DNA of 64,000 bases from the NCBI GenBank assembly GCA_028534125.1, contig CM052816.1, positions 92,134,001-92,198,000 on the forward strand, read 5' to 3'. The position numbers and the translations under genes are program-made. The notes under the pieces are model-generated. The model saw only the letters and a list, made by a program, of their open reading frames with translations. It ran no database searches and was not told the origin of the DNA. Origin of the DNA: Lama glama (lineage: Eukaryota). Shown here in pieces: positions 36,700-49,930 of this stretch (its first letter is position 1; every line of letters starts with the position of its first letter).

Positions 36700-37958
36700 A
36701 ATAAACTCAAAATGGACTAAAGACCTAAATGTAAGACTGGATACTATAAAACTCCTAGAGAAAAAACATAGGCAGAACACTCTTTGACATAAATCATAGC
36801 AATATTTTTTTGGATCTGTTTCCTAAAGCAAAGGAAATAAAAGCAAAAATAAACAAATGGGACCTAATTAAACTTAAAAGCTTTTGCATAGTAAAGAAAG
36901 CCATCAGGAAAATGCAAAGACAACCTACTGAATGGGAGGAAATATTTGCAAATGATATGACTTATGAACGGTTAATATTCAGCATATATAAGCAGCTCAT
37001 ACAACTTGACATCAAAAACAAATAACCCAATTGAAAAATAGACAGAAGAACTGAATAAACTTTTTCTCAGAGAGGAAATGCAGATGACCAACACACACAG
37101 AAAAAGATATTCAACATTGCTAATCATCAGAGAAATACAAATCAGAACCACGATGAGATAGCATCTCACCTCACCACAATGAGATATCACCTGTCAGAAT
37201 GGCTATCATCAAAAAGAACACAAATAACAAATGTTGGCAAGGATGCAAAGAAAAGGGAAACCTCATACACTGTTGGTGGGAATGTAAATTGGTGTAACAA
37301 CTATAGAAAACAGTATGGACGTTTCTCAAAAAACTAGAAGTAGAACCACCATATAACCCAGCAATTCCACTCCTGAACATGTATCCAAAACCCAAAACAT
37401 GAATTTGAAAATATACACTAACCCCAACGTTCATAATAGCATTATTTATAACTGCCAAGGTATGGAATCAACCTAAGTGTCTATCAACAGATGAATGGAT
37501 AAAGAAAATGTGGTATGTACATATAATGGAATACTACTCAGCCATAAAAAATAATACAATTTTGTCATTTGCAATAACATGGAATGACTTAGAAGGCATT
37601 ATGAAATAAGTCAGACAGAGAAAGACAAATACTATGTGATATCACTTATATGTGGAATCTAAAAATTACAACAAACTAGTGAATATAATTTTTAAAAAAA
37701 AAAGCAGACTCACAGATATGGAGAAAAACTAGTGGCTACCAGTGGGAAGAGACAAGGGGGGGAGGGGTTATATAAGGGTAGGGGATTAAGAGGTATAAGC
37801 TATTATGTATAAAATAAGCTACAAAGATATATTGTACAACACAGGGAATATAGCCAATGTTTTATAATAACAATAAATGAAGTATAATCTTTAAAAGTTG
37901 TGAATCAGTATATTGTACACCAACTATACTTTAATAACAAAAATTTAAGGAAAAAAAT
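36700..37958 (+). mobile_element. 5'-truncated L1 (ORF2 C-terminus plus 3' UTR)
   Basis: KAKINKWDLIKLKSFC..RQPTEWEEIFAND is the L1 ORF2 C-terminus; 3' UTR and A-tail follow. Confidence 0.95.
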
Positions 37959-39384
37959 TTAATATACCTAAACCAAGTAGTTGTGTGTACTTGATAGTAA
38001 CAAAATATAGTTTAATTAATCTATCATTTGGATTGGCCATTTCTCTCTTATTTGCCTGAATTATTGATGTGGGTTTCCTGGCATCAGAAATGTTTAATGC
38101 AAACAGATTATCACAGTGAATGCTGTACCACTCTGTGATTCAGCCACACTAACCAATATATATGATTCAGAATGCTTTTAACAGACACCCTAGAAGCCCT
38201 TCAATCATAATATTTCCTCAAATGCTTAAAGTTTTGAGAATATTAATAGCACACATTTTATCAATTTAAATATCTCAAAATGAATCAGCAAATGGCAACA
38301 ATAAATATATTTTAGGCACCTGCTATGTGCAAGGTACTATGCTAGATACTAAGGAATTATCAACATCAACAAGAGATGCAATTTTACTATAGAAGTTCAT
38401 TTTTTAAAGTGGAATTAATCCAAGCACAGACTGAGGGGTAAATGCTGTAAGAATGCACTAAAAGATTCTAGGGCAGAGCTAGAGAGAAAACAGTGGAGAC
38501 AGCTTCTGAGAATGTGAATGTGGCCCTGAAGAAAAAATCTACCTGTGGCAAGTGGAAGGGAGGGAGATGCTGGAAGCCATCCCCCAGCAAAGGAAGGAAG
38601 CATTACAAGCAAAAGTAGGGGAGATTCAGAGACCAAGCAGGTTTGGGGCATCCCAAGCAATGCCGTGACTAAAGCACAAGAAGTGAGAAAAAATTACTAT
38701 AAAGCTAAACTGGGATTGGATTAAACAGACAGTGAGATACGTAGGAAAATCCAGTGATGAATATGGGATAGGAGAATACAAAATTCATCCAACATTTTTG
38801 TGTATGTGTGAAAGAGGAAGAGCAAATGAAGGAAAAAGTGTTTGAACAAGAGAGAAACTTACTGGTTAGAATACAATCAGGAGATTATTTTTCTCACTCC
38901 AGTCAAGTGAATTTAAGAAAGAAAAGGAGAAAGAGAAAAAAAAATTAAGGGAGATAAAAGAAAGAGAAAAGAAAAAGAAAGAAAATACTTTCTTTTTTGA
39001 GAATTCTAATCATGTACATAACATATTAATTATCTTTATCAAAATATCTTTGAAGTGGACTTTGAGAGAATAAAATATCAGATTATTGTGTCATTGATCT
39101 CAACAAAAGGGATTAAATAGATTCCTTTGTCAACTTTAAATATCTGGCAGAAACAAACTTTTGAGTAATTCCATGTTCCTCCACGGATTTAAAAAAACAC
39201 ATGTCTGCATTTAACACTTCAGATGAAAACCTAACTGAAATGTACATGGAAGCTGTGGACTCCAACAATGGATGCTGTCCATTTTCATCTGTTAAACAAA
39301 CATCTAACTTATTATCCCTGACAAAAGGTGAGATCACACAGATTACTGAAATAGTCTGTAAACTTTAAACATACCAAACAAAAA

Positions 39385-40570
39385 GCCAGCACTTGGCATT
39401 TCCATTCTTTGTTCATTTTAGCTATTCTGATACGTGTACTATAGTGTCTCATTGTGATTTTATTTTGCATTTTGTCAATAACTAATGAGGCTGAACACTT
39501 TTCATGTTTATTGGCCATTCAGATTACCTCTTTTGTGATGTCTCTTACCCACTTTTCTACTGGTTGTTTCTATTTTTCTTTCTTATTTGCTGCATTCTTT
39601 CTGAATGCATATATTCTGAATATATATATTACAAATATCTTTCCTCACTCTGAGTTGAATATTCACCCTTTCAGTGATGACCTTTGTAAACAGAAGTTTC
39701 TGATTTTAACATGGTCCAGTGTATCAGTTTTTATTTGATGTTGATACTTTTTTCAAAGAAATATTTACCAATGCCATGATCAGGAAAATGAAACTTAAAT
39801 GTTTGGCCTTTAGAAGCTTTATTGTTTTGTTAAAGCTTTCACACTTCAATCTACAAAGCACCTGGAATTTACTTTTTGTATGGTGTGAGGTAGGGGCAAC
39901 ATACATTTCTTTTCCATATCACTATCTAATAGACGATCCTTTTTTTTTTTCCACTGCACTGCAGTGTTGAATTTACCATAAGTCAGATAAAAGTGTACAT
40001 CATCGTCTGTTTGTGGGTGCTCTTCTCTTCTATTGGACATTTTATCTTTTCTTATATCCAACACCACAGCTGTGATTCCCATAGCTTTAGGTTAAGCACT
40101 CCAGTTTTGCCACCTTTTTCAAGACTGCCTAGTGTGTTCTTGGCCTTTTGCACTTCCAAATAAATTTTGTAATCAGCTTGTCAAGTTCTGCACACACACA
40201 AAACTTTTCACTTGGATATGGAATGGTATTGCTTTACTTTAAGAAACAATTTGGGGATGATTAGTGTCTTAATAATATTGAATTTTCCAGTCAATGCCTT
40301 TCCATTTATAGAGTCTTCTTTAATTTTTCTTTGTTTGTTGCTAATGTATAGAAATATAATTGATCAAATCACTATGACTTCTGAAACTAATATAATATTG
40401 TATGTCAATTATACCTCAATAATATATATACATATTTTAAAAGAAAAATAATTGAGAAGGCTTGCTCAGTTCACTTGTGAATTCTAACAGTTTGTACATT
40501 CTTTAGGATTTTCTCTGTACACAGTTATGTCATCTGACAATAATGTCTCATTTGCTTCCTCCTTTCCGAT
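39385..40570 (-). mobile_element. Old L1 ORF2 fragments
   Basis: Minus-strand MANKHEKCSASLVIDKMQNKITMRHY is typical of L1 ORF2. Confidence 0.85.
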
Positions 40571-41544
40571 TTTAGGATTAGAATAAATAAGGAATAAAAG
40601 TAACAGGAAAAAATTATAAAATGACAACAGATAACAGGAAATCTCAAACATATTCAAAAGTAATGTGCCTTTATGTTTATTTTAATGTTATCATCTTAAA
40701 GTGACAAACAGCTTATTGCTTCCTGAAAGTAAAATACTTTTCTTGGCTGGTTAATCATCACCTGAGTTTAATTCAGGAATCCCCCTCACATCATCAAAGC
40801 TTCCTGCATGGTTATAGGAATGCCAAAGTGAACTTTGGCTTAGGAATTCTTGCACTCAGTAAATCTGCTGTACATTAATACAAATACCCAACAGACCAAG
40901 AAGTGAGTACAGACAGAGCAAGACTACGTGCACAGTGAGACTGGAGGGGCACCAAGAGATGTGCTGGGAAGGGAGCATCAAGTATGTTCAAAGCTCAAGG
41001 TGTGTTCACCTGTGCCTTTGCTTTCTCTACAGCAAACATCATTCCTAAGCAGGTAGGGAACTTAGAAATGGTTAGTTTGAACAAGGTAATATGTTTTTCT
41101 TCGCAAGTAGACTGTTTTAGTCTTTTGAAAAATGTCTTCCTTTGAATATGCAATAGCCATTTCTATTTCATCTTATCTTTTTATTTCCCTATAAGAGATG
41201 CATGTGACCTACAGCAAAAGCTCCAGAGCATATGTAAGTCATCTGATTTCTGTGCATTCCTTTGGTAATAAAACAAAAGTCAGGGAAAATAAAGAAAATT
41301 ATTTCTTCTGTATTTCAGCTATAGCACACACTAGAGTCTCAAAAGGTGGCCCATGAGAATGTAAGCAATCACCTGAAGCTTGTTTCCACTCATCACAGCA
41401 CTGCATTTATGCCTGCGCTGTGCGTGGGGAGAGTCCCACATCGACATCGTAATACACTTAGACCCACTGGGTTGCAGGAGCACAGAGGCGTATGACGAAC
41501 TTCAGAGACATTAGCAGAGAAACAGAATGGGACTTAGGCTGAGT

Positions 41545-42715
41545 GTAAGTATTTCTTAGGTTGGGGTCCCCTCAGAACAGATCCTGAGAAAAGAATTTCC
41601 CCCCAGTAGTTTTGGGGGAATATGGGCAGGCTTCTCTAGAGAAATATGAAAATTAGGATATACACAGAAAGAGATTTACTGTAATATGACAGCTTAGTTC
41701 AAATGATTGTGGAGGCTGGAAAATCTGATGGTCTGCCATGTGCAAGTTGATGCCCTGGAAAGCCCTGGTGTAGTTCCAGTCCAAATCAAAAGCCTGAGGA
41801 CTCATGGAGCCAATGATGTAAGTCCCGGTCCGAGTCTGAAGGGCCAAGAAAGTAGCATGGAACTTAGGGCAGAAGAAGACAGATGCCCCAGCTGAAGGAG
41901 CATGCACACTCACACCTCCTCCACTTTTTGGTTCTAGCCAGGCCCTTGACAGATTGGCTGATGCCCACCTGCTTTGGTGTGAGTGATCTTTACTCAGTCT
42001 GTGGATTCAAACGCTAGTCTTTTCTGGAAACACCCTCACAGACACCCCAGAAATAAGATTTTAGCAGCTATTGTGGCATCCCTTAGCCCAATCAAGTTGA
42101 TACATAAAGCCAACCATCAGAGGAGGTAATTCCAGGGATTATGGAGGAGTGAGAACATGAGACAGGGAAGGAGGAAAGCCAGCGAGAGGTATGCCATGTG
42201 GGTTAACACAACAGGCAACTGATGCTCAGTCCTGCCCAGGACTCTGAGAGGTGGTGTGTGTGCGCTGTCCAACATGGTAGCTACTAGTCATGTGTGGCTA
42301 CTTAAATCTGAATTTAAATTAACTAAAATTTAAAATTCAGTTCTTTATTCTCAGTAGCCACATTCCAAAGGCTCAGTAGCCAAGTGTGGCTAATAGCTGC
42401 CCTATCGGACAGGACAGGTGACAGGACGTTTCCACCATCACAGAAGGTTCTGTTGGACAGTGCTGGTGTAAGCCCCAGCACAGAACTGTCCCGTCCAGTG
42501 GGCAAGGAAGCTGGGGTGATTGTCAACCAACTCTCATCCCTTATTAGATAAGGTTCCTTCATGAAGCCTTACTTACCTTGGCTTCTGCTTTGTTCCCTCT
42601 ACCAGAGACCACACTCAGGCAGAGAGATACACAGAACCATCTAAGTGTACAGGAATTACTGGTAGGTGACCCCTAGAATGGTTGCAAGGATATGTCTGGG
42701 GCACCAGATATCTGC
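41545..42715 (-). mobile_element. Old LTR with nested MLT2B-like LTR (~41620-42121) and MER3-like MITE (~42263-42465)
   Basis: ggaaacaccctcacagacaccccagaaataa is MLT2; gctgtccaacatggtagctactagtcatgtgtggcta...ttggacagtgctg is MER3. Confidence 0.75.
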
Positions 42716-42794
42716 TATAGTTGCATCCAAAACAGGTAGGAGGCAGAAATCATGAGTGACACCAATAAGACTAGAAAAGAAAGTCTATTAAACA

Positions 42795-42922
42795 AAAAAG
42801 AAGAGGAGGAGAAGATGGAGGAAGAAAGACAGAAAAGAAGAAGGAAGAAAGGAAAGAAGAGAGAAAGAAAGAAAGGAAGAAAGGAAGAAAGGAAGAAAGG
42901 AAGAAAGGAAGAAAGGAAGAAA

Positions 42923-42982
<60 letters not shown>
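42795..42982. repeat. Polypurine microsatellite (GGAAGAAA/GAAA)
   Basis: Direct inspection. Confidence 0.95.
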
Positions 42983-43939
42983 AAACAGTCACATGCTGGG
43001 AAACCCACACAACCCTGCTCCTCTCCCGAATGGAAACTTGACCTCACTTAGACCCAGCCCCAGGCCATGATTTCCTATTTTTTTACAAAAGTGTTACAAA
43101 TGGGACAGGACTTACGGCATAGTAGGGAAGGCAGCAAATTAACTAGGACAGTGTCAAAGTTTCTGGAAAGAGAACACACTCCTCCCAACCCCGCCCTCCT
43201 CCCCTGGGCCTGCATGATGGCCCAGGGAGAAGGAAACCTTTGCCAAGCTGCCTATCAGCTTTCTTGATGGCCAAATAATTTGAACAGGAAACAACGCTTC
43301 TCTCTCATGATTCCATCATTAGTGATAAAGCTGTGGATCTAAGCATCTCTGGTGAGGAAACAATATTTAAATGCTTCCTCAGTTGCACATAATTCTCTCA
43401 AATATTTTTCCGAGAAACCTACATTAATCTGAGAAAGGGAACTGGAAGAAATCCTTGTTTGCTTACCTTAATCTTCCTCAACTATTAAAAATTGTAAACA
43501 GAGGTAAAGGATTTATTTGCCAGAAGAAGGAGGAGGAGCAAGAGGAAAAGAAGATGAAATAAAAGATGAAAAAGAAGAAGGAGGAGATGAAAGTATATCA
43601 AAACAAGTTTAATTGGACAAAATGCAATATAAACAGCTGCATTCAGATGAGTGATGGGGAAGTAACTGCACCCCATGTGCCTGAGCCGAACAGAATGGTC
43701 TAAAATGTAGTGGTTAAAACAGATGGTGTACAGAAATTAAGTCCAGCCCAAAGCTTTTCAGATAAGTCAGTTAAAATTAAAGGAAACAAAAATTTTGAAC
43801 TGTGTGTGTTTCTAATGTGTAAGCAGTGCACACTGGCCCACTGACAAATCGACAAATTGCAGTTTTATTTAACCTCAACAACAAAACTTCTAATTCAGGG
43901 AATTTCTTTGTAATTATTTCAACTGACTCTCTTTACATG

Positions 43940-43972
<33 letters not shown>
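43940..43972. repeat. (CA)n microsatellite
   Basis: Direct inspection. Confidence 0.9.
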
Positions 43973-43973
<1 letters not shown>

Positions 43974-45989
43974 ACCATATTTTTATGACACATAACTGAA
44001 TGGTTAACAATTCCAAGATGCAACAACTTCAATGAGTGTTCTATAAATGGAAAAAAATCCTCCAAACCCACTAACAATGTAACTGGAAATGTGGAAAAGT
44101 TTACCAAGTTTACAAAAAGAAATCCCTGAATCATATGACTTAAACAAATAAAGAATCCCAACTGCTGACTTAGAATCAGGGGTTTACGAGGGTGAAGACT
44201 GAGACATGATAGGGGAAAAAAAGCAATTAAGAAAAGATGGGGAAAAAACAGCATGCAACTGAGACACGGCTGAAAATAAAACACACATGCCAATGTGATG
44301 GCATCAGATGAGACTCTTGCTAACCCTAAAATATATTCCATGTGACATAATTTGTGTAAAAAATGTGCCACCTCATCTTTTCTTTTAGTTCATTTTTCAC
44401 CCATTTCCTGTCTCAGTATTTCATTATTTAGAACCTTATGGTGCATGTGTGTGTATCAGTGTGCCCGTCTCAGCAGAAGTTCCTAAGCACTTTTATAGGC
44501 ATCATCCACTCTAAGTTCCTGATCGTTAGCTCTCCGATTTTAATGAGTATCAAAATCACTTGGGTATCTTGTTGCAATGCAGGTGCCGTAAGGTGGCATT
44601 GGGGCTCAATGTTTGCATGTTTCATAAGATCCCAAATGAAGCCAATGCCTGTGGTCCGAGGACTACACTTTGAATAGCAAGAGTCTTGAGCACCCTGGAA
44701 GAACAGGGCAAGAGATGAAATAGCTTTGTAGGCATGGACCCTCTGCTTCCCTCCAGGCTGTATAGAAGAAAACAGAGCACCCCCTGGGTCTTGATGAATC
44801 CAGTAAAGAGGACCTTCTTTGCAGACAGTACTCTGATCTGCTCTACTTGTCTTCCTTTCCCTGTCAGCCAGTTGAGAAGGGTTTTAAGAGAACTCCATGG
44901 ATAGACTAACCCTATCCTCAAGAGTTTGGGAGTCAAGGAGATGGCTACCTGATTTCCACCTGCCTAAAGATGAGAAAGTGGGCTGTGAGGTAATGAACTG
45001 AACTTTCAGAGTTTGCAGGGACAAGGATGCATGTAACAAGAAAAGAATCAGCATCTGGAAGCTACCACCTTGGATGGACCCAATACCAGACTACAATTCT
45101 ACCAGGAAAGTAAAATTTTCCTTATCTTTCCTTCTAATCTCTCTTCGTCTATGGCTCCAAAGAGCAACTAGTGAGTGAGGAAGGGGGTGGAGACTGAAAA
45201 GAGAGAGCCAGCCAGTGACAGTGTCAGCATTTCTCTCCATGACACCTACTGAGGCATCTGAGTCAGAGACTGCCCTGGACCAGGGGAGAGGAGAAGCTCT
45301 AAAGTAGAACTGAAAAGATGACGTCATGTGGTTTTTCCACTGGAGTGAACTTTCAATCATCTAAGAAGAACAAGATCTGCTGAGATGCCCAAGACTTTAA
45401 CCAAAGCTGAGAAAGAGCTCTTCCATAGATGAAGTTTAATGGGAAGTGATAAGAAAAAATAAAGTTGCTTTGTCTTCGCATCTTAGGAGCCCAGTTGGCT
45501 CCACATTTGAGATTCTCAGTTATGCTCATCAGAGGAAAGAATTTCACATATACATGTATGTGCAGATCATTTGGGCACATGCCATGAAAAACAAGCAAAA
45601 AGATTCAACAAGTGTAGAGCATTTATATTAAATCAAAAGGAATAATCCTTCAGCAAATAGCAGAATGCAGATCTGCTTTGCAAAGACTTGGACTTTTAAA
45701 AAAGCTGAAAGAGACTCTAAGGCTTATCTTGTCAAATCTTCACATTTCACTGAAGTTTCACTAAAGGGAGAAACTAAGATCTTTATCAAGTTAAGTGACT
45801 TGTATGAAGATTCAATCACTTATTGGTAGCAGACTCAGACCTGGTAATCTTAAAGAAACAATGTACCTAAAATAGCCAACAGATTTCTATTAATTTATTG
45901 CCAAAAAAGCCCTTTCAAGGGGAAATTGTTTCCAGTAAGTAGGGAATAAAAACCACTATGATGTAAATTTAGTACAAATTTGATTTTAA

Positions 45990-47070
45990 AATAATGTTAA
46001 GCCAAAACTTGGAAAAGAACAAAGTTGGAGGACTCACAAGTCTTGAGTTCAAAACTTATTACAAAGCTACAGTAATCAGAATAGTGTGGTGCTGGCATAA
46101 AGTTAGGTATCTAGGACAATGGAATAGAATAGACAGCTCAGAAATAAACCTCTGTATGTGTGGAAAATTGATTTTTGACAAGAATGCCAATATTATCCAA
46201 TGGGGAAAGGACCATCTTTTCAACAAATAGTGTTGGAAAAACTTGATACTCATTTGCAAAAGAAGGAAGCTGGACCCTTACTTTACACCACATATAAAAA
46301 ATTAACTCAAAATGGATCAAAGACCAGAAAATAAAAACTAACACTATAACACTCTTAGAAGAAAACATAGAGGGAAACCTTCATGACTAAGGATTTGGCA
46401 ACAGTGTCTTGGATATGACACTGAAACTCAGGCAGTAAAAGCAAAAATAAACAAATGGGACTACATTGAACTTTAAAACTTTTACTCATCAAAAGAAACA
46501 ATCAACATAGTGAGAAGACAACCCACCCACCAAACTGGAGAAAATATATGTAAGTTATATATACGGTAAGAGGTTAATATTCAGAACATAGAGAGAACTT
46601 TCTCAACTCAACAACAAACAAATTCAAAACTGGAAAAGGACTTGAATAGACATTTCTCCAAAGATGTACAAATGGTCAATAAACACATGAAAAGACGCTC
46701 AACATCACCAATCGTTAGGGAAACAGAAATCAAAAACACAATGAAATGCCACCTCATGCTCATTAGGATGCCTGCTATTAAAAAACAAAAGACAGAGCAA
46801 CAAGCATTGATGAGGATGTGAGAAATTGGGATCCTTATGCACTGTTGGTGGAAATGCAAAATGGTACAGCCACCACAGAAAACAGTATGACAGTTTTAAA
46901 AAAAAATTAAAAATAAAAGTACTGTAGGATCTAACAATTTAAATTCTGAGCATATACCCAAAAGAATTGAAAGTGGGGTCTCTAAAAGATATTTGTACAA
47001 TTCTATACATAGCAGCACTATTTATAATGGCCAAAGTGTCTATTGGTGGATGAACAGATAAACAAAATTT
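45990..47070 (+). mobile_element. L1 ORF2 3' fragment
   Basis: KNKVGGLTSLEFKTYYKATVIRIVWCWHK..QWNRIDSSEIN is L1 ORF2. Confidence 0.95.
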
Positions 47071-48029
47071 AAATATTTTTAAATAACATTGAAAGTTATT
47101 TTTAAAACTTCAGTGAAGTTTTCTTCAAACACATCTTTTTTCCAAAGCCAGTCTATCCATGGTTTGAGGGGAAAATGGCAAACTGAATGCAATTCTGCTG
47201 GCTCTGATGTCTGTTGATAATTTTCTTTTGTCACTCATATATTTTGCATTCTGCAACAAGCAACTCTAACTTATGCAATCAATAGTACAGATATTTACCA
47301 TTTCTTTAAGCAATATAAAAGGACAGATAGTATAATTTTCAGTTAGAATAGTTGCACACAAAGAGAGGCAGTCATAGTTATAACTACAATTCCTATTCAG
47401 TCCAACTCAACCTACTCAACGATGGGGACTAAACTATGTCCAGGAAGCTACCAAGGAGAAGACATTGTCACTACCCCTGCCAAAAAAAAAAAAAATTCCT
47501 GAGTTGGTTATAAGTTAGCATATCAATGACACATTTTAAAGGCATCTTTCAGTTTTACCACACTCCCCCAACCATAAAAATCTGAAAAGTAAATGGATGC
47601 CAACCCAGCAATTTGATTCAAGGGAAAAAACTCTTTTGTTACTGTTTTGTGGGTCAAGGTTAAGGGACGGAAATGGGAGTTCTAATAAAAATCAGGCACC
47701 ATAACTTCCCAGACTAAATTCAAAACTGTGGAGTATAAACACTGGGTCCAGGACACAGATACCAGATTTTCATCTTTAATATTGATCCCCCTCAAAAAAA
47801 ATTGGTGTAAGTCGCCCAGTGACTTCCCCAAAATTCATGAGACCTTTTTTCAGTGAAGGCCAAAGTATTAGTCCAAGAATTTTGCTCTAATGGGAGTCCC
47901 TTTGTTGTCACGAGGAGGGTAAAAAAGGCCTCTGTTCTTTGTCTTATCTGAGAAAAAAAAGTTTAAATTGGAGACTGACAGTGTGACATAAACAGAAAAT
48001 GTTATTAGTACAGCAAAAGTTAGTATAGT

Positions 48030-48502
48030 ACACCCCCGAGAACTGAAGGCGGGCCAACCCAAGACAGGAGAATGGTGGCTCTCCTTGGTTTCTCCTGTTC
48101 TCGTGATTGACTGACAACTCACGTTGCTTGAGCGCTCAGGCACGCCCATCTCTTTTGTGCATGCTCTTACCCACAATGCACACAGAAAAACCTACGGGGG
48201 GCGGGGGCCAAACTACAGCGCTAGTTACATTATAATGAGCATTGGGTCGTGTTAAGCTGGGTCCTTCTCTCTACTGTGCAGCCACCGTGTTCAAATCCAA
48301 CTGGCTTCTTTGTTGGCCTTCACTTAGAGAAAGTAAACTCTTTGAAGCCCCTTATCCAGAGAGCAGGCCTACTGCTATCTTCTGGATTGTTCTGTCCCCC
48401 CTCCTCTCCCCTTGCCGGATGCTCATTTCCATCTAACTGCCTAACACCTTCACATGGAAACTACTGTAAAGAGGAGAGGAGTTTCCACCTTCACACCCAC
48501 AG
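48030..48502 (+). promoter_or_regulatory. Candidate promoter / non-coding first exon
   Basis: Local CpG enrichment, GC box ggggcgggg (~48198-48207), reverse CCAAT (attgg at 48241) and a donor-like CAG|gtgaga at 48502. Confidence 0.35.
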
Positions 48503-49269
48503 GTGAGAACCATTTCCTAGTAGAACTTTAATTCTAAAATTGGCATCCGTGATCCGGGGAACAGAAAATCTTAGCTAAAAATGAGGAAATGGAGAAAGAA
48601 CTAGTCTTGAAGTTGAAGCACTTTTTCCAAACTGCTTCAGCCGATTAGAACGTCTGTCTGCAACGACCAAGTGAATGGAAGGCTAGGCTCCTGACCTCCT
48701 GGAACCTGGTTGGCACGTTTACATAAAGAAATAATTGTCCTCTTCTTGTCTCCCAGAGCTGTTCTTAGGGTCCAGAAAATTACATGCATGCAAATGCTTG
48801 GCAAACTACAACAGAGCTAGCAAATTGCATTTGTCCAGTTTTCAAGCGTATAAACTGCCAAGGTTTCCCAAATCTGCTAAGCACATCATATGAGAGACTG
48901 TCATGACATTTTAGTTTCCTTTTTCAGACAAAGTAAGCCACTAATTTGCTCTTAAATCTCTGTGCTTGAAACTGCTTATGTTACAGATTCTGCCTTTACA
49001 AGGACATTTCCTTCTGGAATGGCAGCCAGGAAACTTCCAAGCAAATGGGATGGTCCACATCCAGGTGACCTGAAAACCAGGACACCAAGAAATAGGGGCA
49101 AGTCTGAGTCACAGTCCACAGGCTGCCTGCATCTTATGAGAAGCGCTACTGTAACTTAAGTGATAAATCATCAACTAGAGAAATATAAACACTAGTTCCA
49201 CAAACAAATTCAATTTTGGAGTTCCTTAATGAACTTTTAACAAGTTACATGTGGGCTGAAGATGCCCTC

Positions 49270-49930
49270 CAGACGGCTCAATGTGTTCGCTTTGGAAAAA
49301 AAAAAATTAACAGCGCACCAGCTCCCCTCGTTTGATGACTCATTAGCAAAGCGCAGTTTAAACAACAGACTCTTGAATTAAAATGCTATTTACTGAAGGA
49401 AGAGGGGAAATGCATCTGCCGTTGATAAAGAAATGATCAAACCAAGAAAATGTCATTCTGTAGATTAGGGCCGAAAGGAACAAATGAACAAGGGTGTTTC
49501 TTCCGATGAGGGAGGATTTAAGCAAAATCCAGAAGTTTCCATTTGCAGCACATGGCGTCCTAATCAAAATGACCTTTTTCCTTTTCTCACAGTTGGAATT
49601 CTAAAATTATAGGATTTTCCTCCTCAAACTTTGTCTTTATTGGCTGAGACTTATAAACACACGCTCACACATCCCCAAAGCACTTTACTCAGGAGGGAAA
49701 AAAGATAAGGGCTGAGATTTGTATAATGAAAGACTAGATTATAGAAGGCAGTGACAGCTATGATTTTTTTTTTCCACGATGACCCATATCTACCCATAGC
49801 ATTTCCATTTGCTGTTAATGAGAAGCACAGAGTCAGAACAGATAAGTCGTGGGAGTGGTAAGGAGCGAGCTTTGTTAAAAGTGCCCGTTCCTAACATTTC
49901 AAGGAACTGCGCGTGGCAGCACAGGGCACG
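49270..49930. promoter_or_regulatory. Candidate enhancer
   Basis: Non-repetitive DNA with retained CpGs; AP-1 tgactca (~49336), GATA sites (tgataa, agataa) and forkhead-like taaaca. Confidence 0.3.

Noticed and set aside
36810..46859. ORFs with protein-like sequence at 36810, 39312 and 45994
   Set aside because: Fragments of L1 ORF2, not host genes.
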